NCBI GenBank assembly: GCA_038496445.1
Contig: JALMLS010000502.1
Span: forward strand, 62,001-126,000
Reading direction: 5' to 3'
Length of the DNA: 64,000 bases
Source: Trichosphaerium sp. ATCC 40318
Lineage: Eukaryota > Protista > Tubulinea
Shown here: piece after piece, positions 1 through 13,394 of the stretch
Layout: each line of letters begins with the position of its first letter
How positions within the stretch are numbered: position 1 is the first letter of the stretch
Made by a program: the position numbers and the translations under genes
The notes under the pieces: generated by a model
Database searches by the model: none
Told to the model about the DNA's origin: nothing
Seen by the model: the letters and a program-made list of their open reading frames with translations, nothing else

Positions 1-930
1 TGTACGGTGGTCGTAAACAGCAAAGATTTCGAGAAACAAACAAAAAAACCCCCAAACAATCTTTTTCTTATGTCATAAAATAGGTCGTACTGAACGGATA
101 CTCTGATCAACTATCTAAATTCGTACCATATTATCTAAGTACATTATATGAGAACGAAGGTGAAATCAAGGAAGCACAGCGTATGGTATGGTAGTTAAAG
201 CGTCTTACCACGTGATAATCACGTGCTAATAATTTTTTTGTAAACAGATCGTCGAAGAAGCTGCTGTTAATAATGACGAAGTTAAACATAAAACTGGTAA
301 CGTTCAGTTATGCGCTCTAGCTATTATTCTTCATTGGACAAAACAAAGATTAATGTTTGATCAAATGAAGGATAAGTGGGCCATTATTTCTGAAAAGAAA
401 CCTGTAGTGTGCGTTTCCATACAAGACTTTGTTTGTCTTATTTATTTTCTTACTTTTTTTTCCAGATTGTCAACAATACATTCCTGTAAAGGTATGGAGA
501 GTGATCGGGTTTATATTATCCCAGAAAAGTGCGACGAACACAAACAGTTTTATATACCAAGGTAACAAACTAAGCCAATTTCTTTACCTATGTTGGGCTA
601 ATTTTTTTTGTTAAAGAATGCCTGGCTTTCGTTTCTGGCAAAAGACCCGAGAAGTGTACCAACTAGAAAAACAGTGTCTAGCCTATGTTGCAGCAACTAG
701 AGCAAAGGAGCGCCTCATTTGGGTTGGCAACGCATACACCGAAACTGTAATAGGTACACGACGTTTTGTTTGTTTTTTTTTGGGTTGGTTTTTATGTTTT
801 TCTTGAGAACTACTTCTGAATAATTTCGTAATTAATACCAATTGTCTCTTCACATCATTTATTAAAAATTGTTTTAGACGTACCAGATGGATTTTGTCCC
901 GAAGAAGAAGATTACGCTGAAGACCAATAA
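1..930 (+). CDS. UvrD/Rep-like SF1 helicase, C-terminal part (intron-containing, 5' end outside window)
   Basis: Spliced exons give LSTIHSCKGMESDRVYII (motif V, TIHxxKGxE) and CLAYVAATRAKERL (motif VI, YVAxTRA). Last exon ends ...EEEDYAEDQ* at 928-930. Confidence 0.8.
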
Positions 931-1917
931 AAAAAAAAAACAGAAAAAAATAAAAATTCAACAAGAAAAATTAATACGAGCTCGAGTATTGTCAGCTTCC
1001 TTTTTAAAGAATAACTTCTCCTTTTTGATGATTGTAATATTAACATACTTGGTATTTTCCCTTATTGTGCCAGTACTAATTGGGAACGAGCACTATACCA
1101 GTAACATGCACTCTCTTTTGTATCAGAAAATGTGGTAAATCAAACACAGTTTATAGGTGTTCAGAAGCCACGTTATTAATAATACTCTCCACACAAGTAC
1201 AGCTGATTTAGTTATCAAGGGTATTCTATCATCTTTGTTCGTGAAATTAATAAAATAACGTAAGAAATCACTAATTTTGTTGAGAAAAAAGTAGGTACTT
1301 TGCCCAAAGGTTTTTTTTTGAAAAGGGTAAAAAGGCTTGGTCCAATAGGCGTTGGATAAAGAAAAAACATCCTAAAGGGGACTTTAAGTTACAATTAACT
1401 CTACATCACTTTCTGGTTTATGGATAATTAGCTTTAAAAACCACACTGAAAGCGTCCTTATTATTCTCACTCGCATTCATGTTATTTTGAAAAAAGTGTG
1501 CCTTCTTAAGCACAGTTTATCGAACCTGAACCACCATAATACGAATAGAGCGATACTAAAACGTGACTTTAAAACCTATTATTAAAGCTCCATGCTTAAT
1601 GGTGGAGCTTAGGTGGCTTTAAAACGCAGCTATTACACGGAGAATTTAATACCGCTTATTTTGTATTGATTTGAACGAGGTAACACGGGTATCAAAACAA
1701 CAAACTCGCTCGTCACGTGACAACAGAAATTCGTCATGACTGTATTATGTAGCTACAAAACTATCTTGTGGTACGTATAAACAAAGTATATATAACCCCG
1801 GAATGTTACAGGAGGGGTTAAATATCGAAAAAGCCTCCAATCATTATTTATTATTTTTTCTTATTTTCAGACCACTCTACGATAACCAGTAAATCATTCT
1901 GGTTGTTTTAGTATTTT

Positions 1918-4484
1918 ATGGAAACGATGTGTGTTCTCGGAGTCCCAAAACACCTATTGCTTTTGTATTCGTTTTTTTTTTTTCGACGAGCATTACGACC
2001 TTTGGACAATACTAAAAATATTAATAGCTCTTTTATTATTTTGACTTGGATGCAGTCTTGTGGGGCGTTATTGCAGTTTAAAACAACAAACGAGACTTTT
2101 GACACTGGCGCTATAATGTACGGAATGCTGCGGATTATACACGCTTAGCGATCGTGATTCTAGAGCGCGTATTTTAGGTCAACGATCTCAACGAAGTTGC
2201 CTCTTTTTTTTCTTCTTTTTTTTTCCGGTTGACCGTGACATTGTCACCTTTGACGCTTAGGTTTCGAAATAACCAGTGGACGGAAGATGTTATAGAAGGC
2301 AGAGCTATATTGTTTGATGAAACAAATTTATCTGCTGTGAAAGAAGACTTTATTGCATTCGTCCAGTACGATGATAAACCAACAGATGATCTTATCAGGC
2401 ACGTGTCGTTCCAAAAATAAAAAAAAGTCATGACAATTTTTCTTGACGAACAGCGTTGTCTTCTGTCGAGAAATAATTTTGAAATAACTCTTTTCAGGTC
2501 AGTGGTGTCAGTTAACCCGAAAGCTATTGTGTTACAAGGACTTCGTTCTGCAGGCTGGGGTACATAAAAACAAACTCAAAAGTTTTCCGTTTTTTATCAT
2601 ACTTGGTTATTTTTAACGGTTTTGAAGGTCAGTATAGAGCTGTTGGAGATACAGATGATATAACAATACCCACAGTTGAGGTTTCATGTATGTTTCAACT
2701 TACCACCTTTTTAACCTTTTATGTAACCATTGTGCATACCATGTCTTGTTACCTCACGTGGTTGTGGTAGGCCAAACAATACCAACATTTTTAGTCATTC
2801 TTAGAGAACCTTTTAACTTGAATAAGACGCAATAACAGCTTGCTGACCTAAATTTAGTTGATGATTTCAAAACAATAGCGAAGGCGATACACAAAGGATC
2901 AGAGCTTATTGCCACCCTTGAACAAGGTAACTCCTAATCGGCTCCTTATCATCTTACAGCTATAATTTTCTTTTTTAGTAATAATCTATTTTTACTAATC
3001 ACGTGTAGACCATGAGAATATTTGGACGGGTTATTTTCATTCTATATTGTATTTGTTGTTCTTTACTTTATGTACGTGGCTTAGTACAGACGCCTTGGCG
3101 CGTGTTGAAGACAGATTTTTTTCATATCTCACTAAAGATCACAATACTGATCCTTTTTTTTTTAGTGCCTATTTTACACAATGTCGTTAATCTCGTTCTT
3201 GTTTTTTTGGTTTTCAGAAGAGTAAAAGCTAGAAAAAAATCAGTGTGTAATGTGCTAGGATTAATATTACTACTACAGATATTCGCATCATTGTGTACGT
3301 ATTGCGGGAAATATAATGCTCCGTTCCAAAAAAAAAAAAAAAAACATAACCAACCGTTTTTTTTTCTTCCTCGTACAACTCTTTCTCACGTGATATTAAA
3401 TTATTCATTTTTACGTTTTATGACGTATTAATGATTATTTAATATGGGGACGTTGTCCATTTACGAGAAAATTAGTCGTATAAAACGTTGTCTAGACACG
3501 TAGCCTTTTTTAGTGTTATTTTTTTTTTAATGTTGTATTAGGCAGGATTATTCATTTTCTTGATCCTAATGGTGTTCATGGTATAATCACCTACAGAGCC
3601 AATGATATTGTAGCATCTATTTTCCTTCCTTTTATGCTATCTGCATTGATACTCTCATTATTGTATTGGCGCGAGAACTTTAAAGCTAAAAAACTATTGA
3701 TTCACTCTTTGGCATCATCTCTGCACCCCTTTATTTACATAGCGGCTGTATCAATATTTCCCATAGAAATAATGACTATAATACTTAGAGCAATTGGTAT
3801 TTGGTCTGAGACAGCGGTACGCCAAGTGTCAAAGTATGCCACTCGAGAAACTTATTTTTTCTTGTTCTATTTTTAGCAAACAGTTTGGATTTGTTGCTAT
3901 GGTGGTATCTTCGCTATATTCGGTTTACTCTATCAATTGACAGCTTATCAAGCATGGAGTAACTATAACGCACTTGTAAAACTTAATAGAGCAAGCTGGG
4001 GATGTGTCACAGCGTCGGTAGGTTCAAAACAAACTAAGCCTTCTTCGTTTTTTCTCATTTTATTTTTGACATATTCTATTTGTAGAGGCTAGTTTTCTTT
4101 GTCATCATCGGCCTTGTCCTTCAGTTTCAGCTTGTCGTGGCATTGATATGGACATTTTCTAACGCTGATTACTATCCATTAAGCTATTTAGCTGTTTCTG
4201 GGATAGTTTTATACCTTGTAACAACAGAATGTACACTACAGTTGCTTTCTCATTTAATCAAAAGAAGAGCAAAAACACGAAAACTCTCAAACTTGGCCAA
4301 CTCGACACAAACTGATTCACATGCTATGGCTGATATGACTCTCTCTGGTAATGCAGCTGAATCAAGTGAGTCTTATTCTCCTTCTATAGACGACTCTTTT
4401 ACGAAAAGTCATAAGAGTATATCGTCTTCAGACTTACTATCTGCTTCGACATCATCAACACAACAAAAAAAAAGTGTAGATTAA
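1918..4484 (+). CDS. Multi-exon membrane protein: signal peptide, PA (protease-associated)-like domain, several TM helices, Ser-rich tail
   Basis: Exons give PKAIVLQG...DITIPTVEVSFDDFKTIAKAIHKGSELIATL (PA-domain C-terminal pattern). Multiple hydrophobic exons follow (3010-4240), then a Ser-rich tail (ORF 4137-4484). Start and junctions inferred. Confidence 0.6.
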
Positions 4485-4877
4485 TAATACATCCAACAAC
4501 AACTCACACAACACTAATCAAATTGTAAATAACTTAAACCACTTTTAATACAAATACATATGTACTTGGTTATTTTTACGGAAATACAGATAACTTAGCA
4601 AGGTCATACGTTGTAAATTATGAATACAAAACAGAAAAGTAATTACCTTTCTTAGAATACACTTTGTCCCGTGATCATACCTGGCACCATTGTAAAAACT
4701 GGGAACAAGGATGTGAAAACGTGTGCAGTTCGTGTACCCATTTTCCTTGCAACAGTTTCAAGTAAAGTATTGTCATGATAAAGACATTGCTCAAAAAGTT
4801 AAAGGTATCAACATCTTTTTAATTTCAATATTTTACTGAGGAGCAGATTGCTCTGTATGTACAAAAGTTATAATTAA

Positions 4878-5687
4878 TTAACGACAAGCCTTTATAACTT
4901 CAGATAGTGCCTGAGCCCAGCCTACGCCATCAACCATAACTAAGACTATCTCTGCAACAAATGCAGCTCCATCAGTTGCAAAGAAAGCTATAAGCTGGGC
5001 AATAATTACAACACCTGAAAGAAACCAATCTTGTCTATTCGAAACAGGGGTTAGCTCACGTGACGACCACAAAACAAATGATCAAAAAGAATAAGACATA
5101 CGGAGTCATGCTGTTTTGTATAGCACCCCAGATCATTTCTAAACCAACAGCGTCCTTTACAGCTTTAAGAAACTCAAAAATAGCCCAAGCTTTTTCAAGT
5201 TTTCCTTTTGCCTTCGATGATGTTAAGTCAAGTTATTCACGCGTGTGTTTGTACCTCCTTGATGTCCTTAATAGCACGAGAAAATCCATTCAAAGTCTTT
5301 CCGCCAGCTTTCCGGAATACTTCGCGTGCTGCCTTCTCAGCGACCTCTGAGCGAATACCAAGCAAGCCATAGAACAAGCCTACGATAGAAGTCAGAAATT
5401 TGAAAAAAAAAGAAAAAAACGTGACTCGTACTGAACGTAGCAACGCCAAAATTAGCGATAGCGATTTGGCATTTAGTCAGTCCTTTGAATTTATAGTGTT
5501 TGAACTCGTGCTTTGCCAAGCCTTTCGTTCTTAGTGTAACTTTTTTGTTAAGTCGTTTTGTTTGGGTTGTGATGCTGTCTTTTGTGCTAGAACTTCGGTG
5601 CTTGGAATCTTTAGATAGAGATTTCTTGAAGGCTTTGGTGGCTTCTGGAATAGCTGCTTTTACTGAGCTGTTATATTTCTTAGACAT
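4878..5687 (-). CDS. Hypothetical helical protein with basic N-terminus and C-terminal hydrophobic hairpin
   Basis: ORF pieces 5337-5717, 5237-5449 and 4878-5072 join through short GT-AG introns. ATG at 5687. Ends QDWFLSGVVIIAQLIAFFATDGAAFVAEIVLVMVDGVGWAQALSEVIKACR*. Confidence 0.6.
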
Positions 5688-5831
5688 TGTTCTACGCGGT
5701 ATAAGTAACTTATGCAATACTTGGTCTTAGCTTCGTACTTTGTAAGAGGTGTTTGTTGTTTGTTGTAAGTTGTAGTTTATGTTTCTTGAGACACAGAGTG
5801 CAGATGTAAATGATCTTTGAACACGCGTCAG

Positions 5832-5958
5832 TTTTCACGTGAAAATAAATATTCACGTGAACACCACGTGAACATACTACCTCTGACGATTGGCAATTAA
5901 CCGTAAGTATAATGACCCATTTTATGAATTACTAGCGGTACATTAATTATCACGTGAT
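5832..5958. promoter_or_regulatory. Cluster of four CACGTG (E-box-type) palindromes upstream of the 4878-5687 gene
   Basis: TTTTCACGTGAAAA (5832-5845), TTCACGTGAA (5852-5861), CCACGTGA (5864), ATCACGTGAT (5949-5958), 145-270 bp upstream of the ATG. Confidence 0.35.
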
Positions 5959-7079
5959 TGTGTCGTCAGGTTCCGGAAGAAAGTTCGTTTCCAAATATAA
6001 TTTTGCTGTATGCGAGCTATAACAAGCTGTTTATTAACAAAGTGGCGGTAAATTAGTTTTTCCGATTCTCCGAATCGCGAATTTGTGCTTCACGCAAAAT
6101 CACGAAAGAATGTGTTTTGGTGGTTCTTGCATGAGACCAAAAGTTCATTGACAACCAGCTATTTATTTTAGAATGGCATTATTTGTTTAAATGTGCAAAA
6201 GGCTGAGATGTCATTTGGTCGGATAGAATATAGTGAAACGCGCTGAAATGGCTGTACACGTGTTTTACTCCGTTACAGACGTTAGGGTAAACTTCAGTTG
6301 ACTTTGTACAAATCAACAACAACAACGTACAAAGTTTATAAACAACATGGCGAGCAGCAATCACCCACATCCCAATCACAAAGTTCCTTTTCAATTTGTT
6401 TGAAAAAAAAACTGTAACAGACCTTTCTTTTATTTTCCAACAAATGCTTGGCGCTGCGCTAGAGCCACAAGACATTTTGTCTTCCTCTCAACATCGTCTA
6501 TAATTAGTGTTCCTTGGTTAGTTGATAGAAGAGAGTCAACTGAGAGTGTTAGAACTCTATCGGTTATTGTTAAAAAGTTTATTTATTGTTGGGTAAATCA
6601 TTTTATGTTCTACAAGTTTACACTCAAGCCTGTTGATGTTTGACGCACTACCTGCTTGAATAAGCTGAATTTACTTGTATAAGATGGATACATTGTTGTA
6701 CAAACACTAGCAAGAACTGTAGTTTTCATTGAAACTAAACCGTTCGTTTACCTCAATGTCCAAATTCAATTCTTTTCAAAAATATCTGTACATGTTTAAT
6801 GTACTTGTGTGCTTGTAAGTTGCTACAATTTGCTCAAGTTGCGTACATTCACAAGTTACCTTAACAACGTAACGACAATTCTAGAATTTTTTGCACTGAG
6901 GGAATACCAACTCCGGTATATTAGCCAACACGCCTCCATGGTACGCCTTTGGTAGTATTTATACTGGTAACGTATAATAGAGTAATAATACAAGCATACC
7001 ATACCTTCCAAACGAAATTTGGCTCCACGTGTTTTCTTTCATAAAATACAATACCCACGTGCCTATTTCCGCGTCGTTG

Positions 7080-8423
7080 ATGACTATAGCATGGACAAGC
7101 ATTAATTTTAACATATTGGCTTCACGAACCCTAAAACGAGATACAAAGGGAAAAGGTGAGACTACATTGCATAACACTAAGAAAAAAAAACAAACCAACA
7201 AACTCATTTTATTCTACTTACTAATTTTGTTTGTTTGTTAGGTGTGTACTTATCTTACGACACCTCCTTTAGTGAGCTTCAAGTAAGAGCTTCACGCACT
7301 TATATTGAGAGCCTTGGTACGTAAGTTAGCGTAATATCACGTGAGGAAGTATATGTGAACATTTGAAATAACTGATTTTATTTTAATAGAGCGTCCACCT
7401 TCCTTGGGCCGTATTGCGTCTAGAAATAGTGTACACAGTAGTAGGAGTTTTAGTTCTTTCTTCTCAAGAAGAACGAAATCATCTAAGAGACTCAAAAAAC
7501 CTTCATTGAGATTAATGACGCCTTTCCGAGCAGTTAAGATCATTGTAGTCGGTTCACAAGGTTCAGGTACTATACAATGCTATATGTCTATATTCTGACT
7601 AATGTCTTTGATAAAGGCAAAAGCACGTTGGTTAAGAAATTATGTTGTAAATGTGGTGGAAAAAGAGCTGATGAAATACCAACATCTGAACTAGTTCACT
7701 TTGGCACTGCAATACGTGCGACCAACTTGGTAAATCACAATAAGGTTCAACAACAGTCGCTTTGCCTTCACCTCTCCAACCTACTTCTATAAAAGTTAAC
7801 AACAAAGGTGGAATTTTAAGTATAGGGAAGCAAAGCGATGGGTTGTTGATATATGAGTAAAGTTTTCTGACTATTTTATTTTAGGCGTTGTCTTGCATGG
7901 AGATAGAGAGGCGTATGATAAAGTTGCACCTAGTACGTACTTAGAGGAAAGCTGTGTTCTAAGTATTATCAAGTGGGGTCCTTTGAGAAGCGAGCGAGAA
8001 GAATATGGATACCCTTCACAATACAAAGGCGTTCACGCATGTATCATCACGTGTGACGTAAACAGCAAAAGAAGTACTTCTTTTTTTAACACGTGATGAT
8101 TCATACATTGATAGGTTGGCGACAAGTTAAGCAATGGATTAATCATGTTTATGATAATGTAACAGAAGATGTAGTAGTTGTACTAGCTCTTCTAGGACTT
8201 GAGAAAAAGAAGGAAAGGGTTATTAAAGGTTCAAAGATAAAGGTAACGAACAGTTTTTGAATTCTTTGCAGACTTACCACATTTTGTTTAAAAAAAGGTG
8301 TTTTGTGAAGATTATAAGATTATGGCATTTGAAATAAATATGAAAAACACGTTTAGTATTCAAAAGTTATTTGAAATAGTAACATGGTACTGTCTAAAGA
8401 AGAGACAATACTCAAAAAAATAA
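7080..8423 (+). CDS. Divergent Ras/Rab-like small GTPase-fold protein with N-terminal extension
   Basis: KIIVVGSQGSG|KSTLVKK (P-loop split by an intron), YKGVHACIITCDVNSKRS|WRQVKQWINHV, and AFEINMKNTFSIQKLFE follow Ras-family topology. G3 and G4 motifs are not recognisable. Confidence 0.7.
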
Positions 8424-8705
8424 AAATAAAAAAAAGTCAGAAAAAAGCTATACGGCACCTTACACTGGTAACACTCACGGTTTTGATACACTTCGGCTCT
8501 AGCGGCAGATTTATGAGCACGTGCTAGCAGCATAACAGCTGACAAAGTCAGTACATGATCATAAGATAAGTCAAAAGATGAGACAACTATGTCACGTGTT
8601 TAATGTTTAATAACTAGCACTTTCAACGTAAGAAATGTTTTGACAAAGACAATTGTTTAATGCACTTTTATAGCTTTGATTTACGCAATAATAGTAACTA
8701 CAGTA

Positions 8706-10996
8706 TCACTGTTTATTTACAAACCATGGATTAGGTTGTTTTTTATGTACAGGTTTAGATGTGAAAGACTTTTTCTTTTTTTGAGATTTTCTTCTTTGTT
8801 GATTCTTCTTATTATGATTTGTACTGTTAAACTTGAAACCTGATCCACGTCTTTTATTACGTGCTTCTTGCCATTTCTTCTTTCTAGGACTGACATCTTG
8901 TTTTCTGTTATTCCCTGATACTCTTCTAGAACGAAATGATTTTCTTTTTATAGGCATCTTAGGCAGACGAGTAGAAATACCATCTCGGAATTTCAAACAA
9001 TATTTGCTACTCATAAACTGATTCATTGAACTACAACCAACGTCAACAACACTTATCACGTGGATAAAAAATATGATTCTTAAATAAAGCTATCTTTCAA
9101 GCTTGTACTTGTGCATAGTTGGGTTGATATGCGCAGTGAAAAATCGATCCAAAAAAAAAAAAGTTCAAAAATGACTTACACTGCTGAAACTCCGTAATGT
9201 AAGTGTGCTCGGTTATTAAGGTTAATATCATTACTTAGAATACAAGCATTAGCTTTTGCTATTCTAACAAAATATACACAGCAATTAATAATCCAATCAT
9301 CAGCCTCCATTTTTATACGTCCCTTAAAACAAACCATTAGAAAAAAAAATCATTACCATTTTTTTCTTGTAATACAAGCTTACCTCTACCGGATACTTTT
9401 CATGTGGGCGTTGCCCACGAAGGTTCTCAGCAAATGCCATATCTCTTAAATAACGGTTTGCTTCACGTGCTTCGATATTTCTCTGCTCGTCTCCTTTTTT
9501 TAAACGATCAAGTTCCCTGACAACTATCGAAGGTTGTTAATCAAACAAATCAAACAATCACGTTTTTTTATCAAATCAACTTGTCTGTCTGAGTACGTTT
9601 CACAATTTTAAGCTAAAATGTACAAAATACGACGTACCAACCATAGGTATAATAATTACAATGTTATGTATTTGTGCAAGGAACTCTAGTTGATTGATAT
9701 TTGTCATTAAAACATTTGTATCAATAACTACAAGCTTTTTACCGTTGTCTAAAAAAAAAGCCCATAAGTAAGATAAAGACCAAGGACAACAACGCTCCAT
9801 AAAGCAAAGTGTCTCTCACAACTTGCGAAGTAAGAAAAAAAAGAAAAAAAGTCTGTGCTTGTCGAGGTTGCTTCAAAAGAGTTCAACTTCAAAAAAAGAC
9901 AAAGGAAAACAAAAAAGATGGATTGTTCAAAGCTACTCCTCGTCTTTGCCACTCAACGTACCGGAAGAAAATTTTCTTACTGCTTCATTACCAACAAAGG
10001 GATGGTCCTCAACAAGTTCCTTCCATGTATGAAGCTTAGTCTCCGTAACTTTCAACTTCTTTGTCATTTCTCTACAAAGACTCTCAAGCTCTTCATTCTT
10101 TGAATTAACAGTCTCCACTGTCTTTTCTAGATCACAAGCTTTCCTCTTTACACGTCTATAAGCATCAACAGCTTTCTTATTCTCATTCTGAGTCTTGAAA
10201 AGAACTTCCTTCCATTTTGCAGAGTGCTTCTTTATCTCCTCTTCTTTGTTCTCTTTTGCTTGCATTTTCTGTTTTTTCATTTTCTCTTCACGCTCCGCTT
10301 GAGCTCTCTTGAACTCCTCATTAACTAATCTTTCCTTCTCAAGTGACTTTTCCAACTCTTTTAACTTGTCTTTATATAATTGTTCAACACGTAACCTAGA
10401 TCACGTGATGAAAATCCGAAAAAAAAAAAGCCTTTTTTGATAAAAAGAAAAAACGTGTACCTCTCTTGTTTTTCTTTCTCGATTTGAGCCAATTTTTGTT
10501 TTTCTTCATCACGAAGTGCTGATTCGAGTTTTTCTATCTTCTGTTTCAGTAACGCCGCTTTCTCTGCCTTTGGAATCGTTTAGAGTACTTGACAGCAGGT
10601 TTCAAGATTCTACAAAGTGTTTTATGTCATACCTCCTCTTTTTGCGATTTTTCGCTGTTGACAGTAGTAAAGTTGCGTTCAGAGGTAGTTTTAGATTGTG
10701 TTGTTTTACTTGTGGTCTGATTGGCGGGTTTTTCGTTATTATATGCTGTTGTAGCTTCGTTGGCTCCATTGGTACTATCTGACGCTATTTTTGAGTCTAG
10801 AAATTCGTTATTTCGATAAACCGGTTTTTAACGGCGAGCCTTTATCATCTTTCATAACCAAACAACTTGTTTTAGCCAGTCTTACTGATTTTGAATCGCT
10901 ACCATCAAACTTGACATAAAACATCTTCGCTGTCTCTGAGACGACATTACCCAGTTTCCCCTCATACTTTCCTTTATGTATTTGTACACGGGACAT
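8706..10996 (-). CDS. PIN-domain ribonuclease (SWT1/SMG6-like) with KOW-like N-terminus, coiled coil and basic tail
   Basis: KKLVVIDTNVLM...IIIPMV|VRELDRLKK...AREANRYL...ADDWIINCC...ILSNDINL carries the PIN acidic residues. Coiled-coil ORF at 9933-10355. N-terminal RVQIHKGKYEGKLGNVV is KOW-like. Confidence 0.8.
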
Positions 10997-11267
10997 TAGT
11001 TTACCGCCAACGCCCTCACAAAGGCGATCAACAAAACCGTTGAACAAATATTTTAAGTCACAATGTTTAAGTAAGAGTGCAAAAATCAGTGTTTATTGAG
11101 AACAAGCCTTACAACAAAAGTTGAATATGAGTGGTACTGTCACAACACAAATTTGGGTCGCTACTGATTTGGCACTAGGAGTACATAGACCTTAACACTT
11201 GCAGTGTTTGGTATTCCACGTGCAAACCATTTTTTATCTACAACTCTATTTAGCGCTACTGTTTGAT

Positions 11268-12598
11268 CTAGCCTGCTACCACAAATGGCGAGCAATTGCT
11301 GCTGAGACGGCGAGGACATGTTGTTAATTTTACTGGTAGGCAGGGTTCATCTTCACAATCAACAGTTTCAATTACAGAACCGTCCACTCGTATACAGCAA
11401 CTAAAAGTCATTAAATAAAAACAAACACTAAATTGCACCTGTCATCATCATTGCCACCACTTATTTGGCCATTAGTTACCACCATGTTTTCGGTTAGGCT
11501 TTCAACAAAAATGGTATCATCTCCATCACCGCCATAAACCAAGCTTTGTGATATTGACGATGGTACTACGTGATTAAGTGCAATAACCAAAAACAATCTC
11601 AAATATTTTTGTACGTATTGTCACTTCTGATACAATCAGCGTGTCATCACCAGCATCACCACACAACTCTTCCATTAGAGAGCAACTGATATAGATATTA
11701 TCATTTCCGAAACCACCTGAAAGGTGAGATACAATTCGAAATAACAACTGCACAAATACCTGATATTCTGAGTACACTACTGCTTTGGATATCGATACAA
11801 TCTTCATCACTTCCTCCATTGACACTTTCCAAAGATGATTGTACCACTCTAAAGCAGTCAAACCCACTTTGTCCACTAAGGATGGACCTTTTCTTAACAA
11901 TTAGTAAACCTTTCTCATCAAGAAAAGTTGTACGGTTCGATGGGACCAACAATTCCTTCAACTATAAAGTGATCATTCCCAGTTCCTCCATTAATTCTAT
12001 CAATAGTGGACTCAGTCGTCTGTATGCAGTCATTACCTGTTCCTGCAATGTTCAAGTTACTAACAGACTGACAAGTAGCACTCACCTGCAGCTATGCTAT
12101 TGCTGATTGTTGCACCTTCAGCAACAATACAATCGCTACCGCCCAGCCCCAATATCTCATTAATGACTGCCTCTGAACCTCTTACAAGGATACAATCATT
12201 GTTGCTGGTCCCCATTATGCCACCAGATACAACTGATTCTACAATCACACAGTCGCCAATATCATTCATTAAAACTATCAACTTTTATTACCAAATATTT
12301 TGTGGATACCAGCAACTTTATGTCACGTGAAAAGAAAAACGCTATTGTTATAAAGAAATAAACCGCTTACCGTTACCATCGCCATCAGCAGTTGCCAGCA
12401 TACAATTATCGCTTTGAAAATCGCAAGCACTACAAGCCATACAATCGCAATCGCATCCAGACGCTTGAGGGAAAGGTGGTTGAGCGTGGTACATGCTTAG
12501 AACTAACAATTAAGGTTAGGTTATCAGTATTTATACGATAATAATTTAGAGATACAAATTATAGCCCCCAGAATACTTATCACGTTTATTCTCTTCAT
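11268..12598 (-). CDS. Secreted Cys-rich RTX-like repeat protein, array copy A (most divergent intact copy)
   Basis: ATG at 12598 (MKRINVISILGAII), SMYHAQPPFPQASGCDCDCMACSACDF, GTSNNDCILV/GLGGSDCIVA/GGFGNDNIYI/GGDGDDTIFV repeats, C-terminal CCIRVDG...CEDEPC...CSPFVVAG*. Confidence 0.8.
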
Positions 12599-12685
12599 CT
12601 TTTGTTAATATCGTCGTGTGTTTGTAGTGTTTATTGCTGTATAAGAAATCTCGGAGTTAATAATAATTGTGATTCTATCTGTACA
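12587..12685 (-). repeat. 5' UTR/start of copy A, duplicated in inverted orientation at 17191-17283
   Basis: Reverse complement aligns nearly base for base with 17191-17283. Confidence 0.85.
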
Positions 12686-13394
12686 TAAAAGAAATCAACA
12701 AGGAATTAGTGATAACTAAGATCTCATAGTGTATTGTAGCTGTTTAATTAAGAAGACTTAAACAAACCAACATGATGTATGACGTTTAAAACTCTTAAAA
12801 ATCAGCTCATGTGTTTTGGAGTGGCACGGTCCATTTCAAAGGGTTGTGGTTTATAACACTAACATAACATGACATCCCTGTTCGTTGTTTATGTCTTCGC
12901 CATTGTACCTATGTACAATGCAAAGGAGTGACATGTGCTTAAATTAGCCCAAAGCGAAGGCACCGTATAAGTAGCAGGCAAATGAAATACAGAACTATTT
13001 CGGTGTTTCTCAAGGTGTTGTGGGTTTGGCAGGTATTTAAGTTCTACAACTCAATGGCTTGAAATTCGTTTGTGTTGAAACAAAAAATGGTTGAGTTTTC
13101 CCATATTTTTCTTAGCTGGGTATGGTCCCAAAAACTTAAACATCTAACTAGCTATAGCCGTTTAGCGACCACCTCTATACTTGTATGAGGACCCAAACAG
13201 CAAATGATTACTAAAGCATTGACAGCACTACACATACTAGCTCTCTTGAGCTTCGCTGGATCCTCTGTTTTTTTACCTGTAAGATTTGAGGCAGAAAAAA
13301 ACGGATGTAAGTCATTGAATATGTCTTACAAAAAGCGTAACATCCCTTGCTCTTGTCGTATTAACGATTTTTTAGAAAATAAAGATAGCCAAAT

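Noticed and set aside
6180-6560. LNR/Notch-like peptide ELCDWDVGDCC on the - strand
   Set aside because: Single short match surrounded by stops. No gene model could be built.
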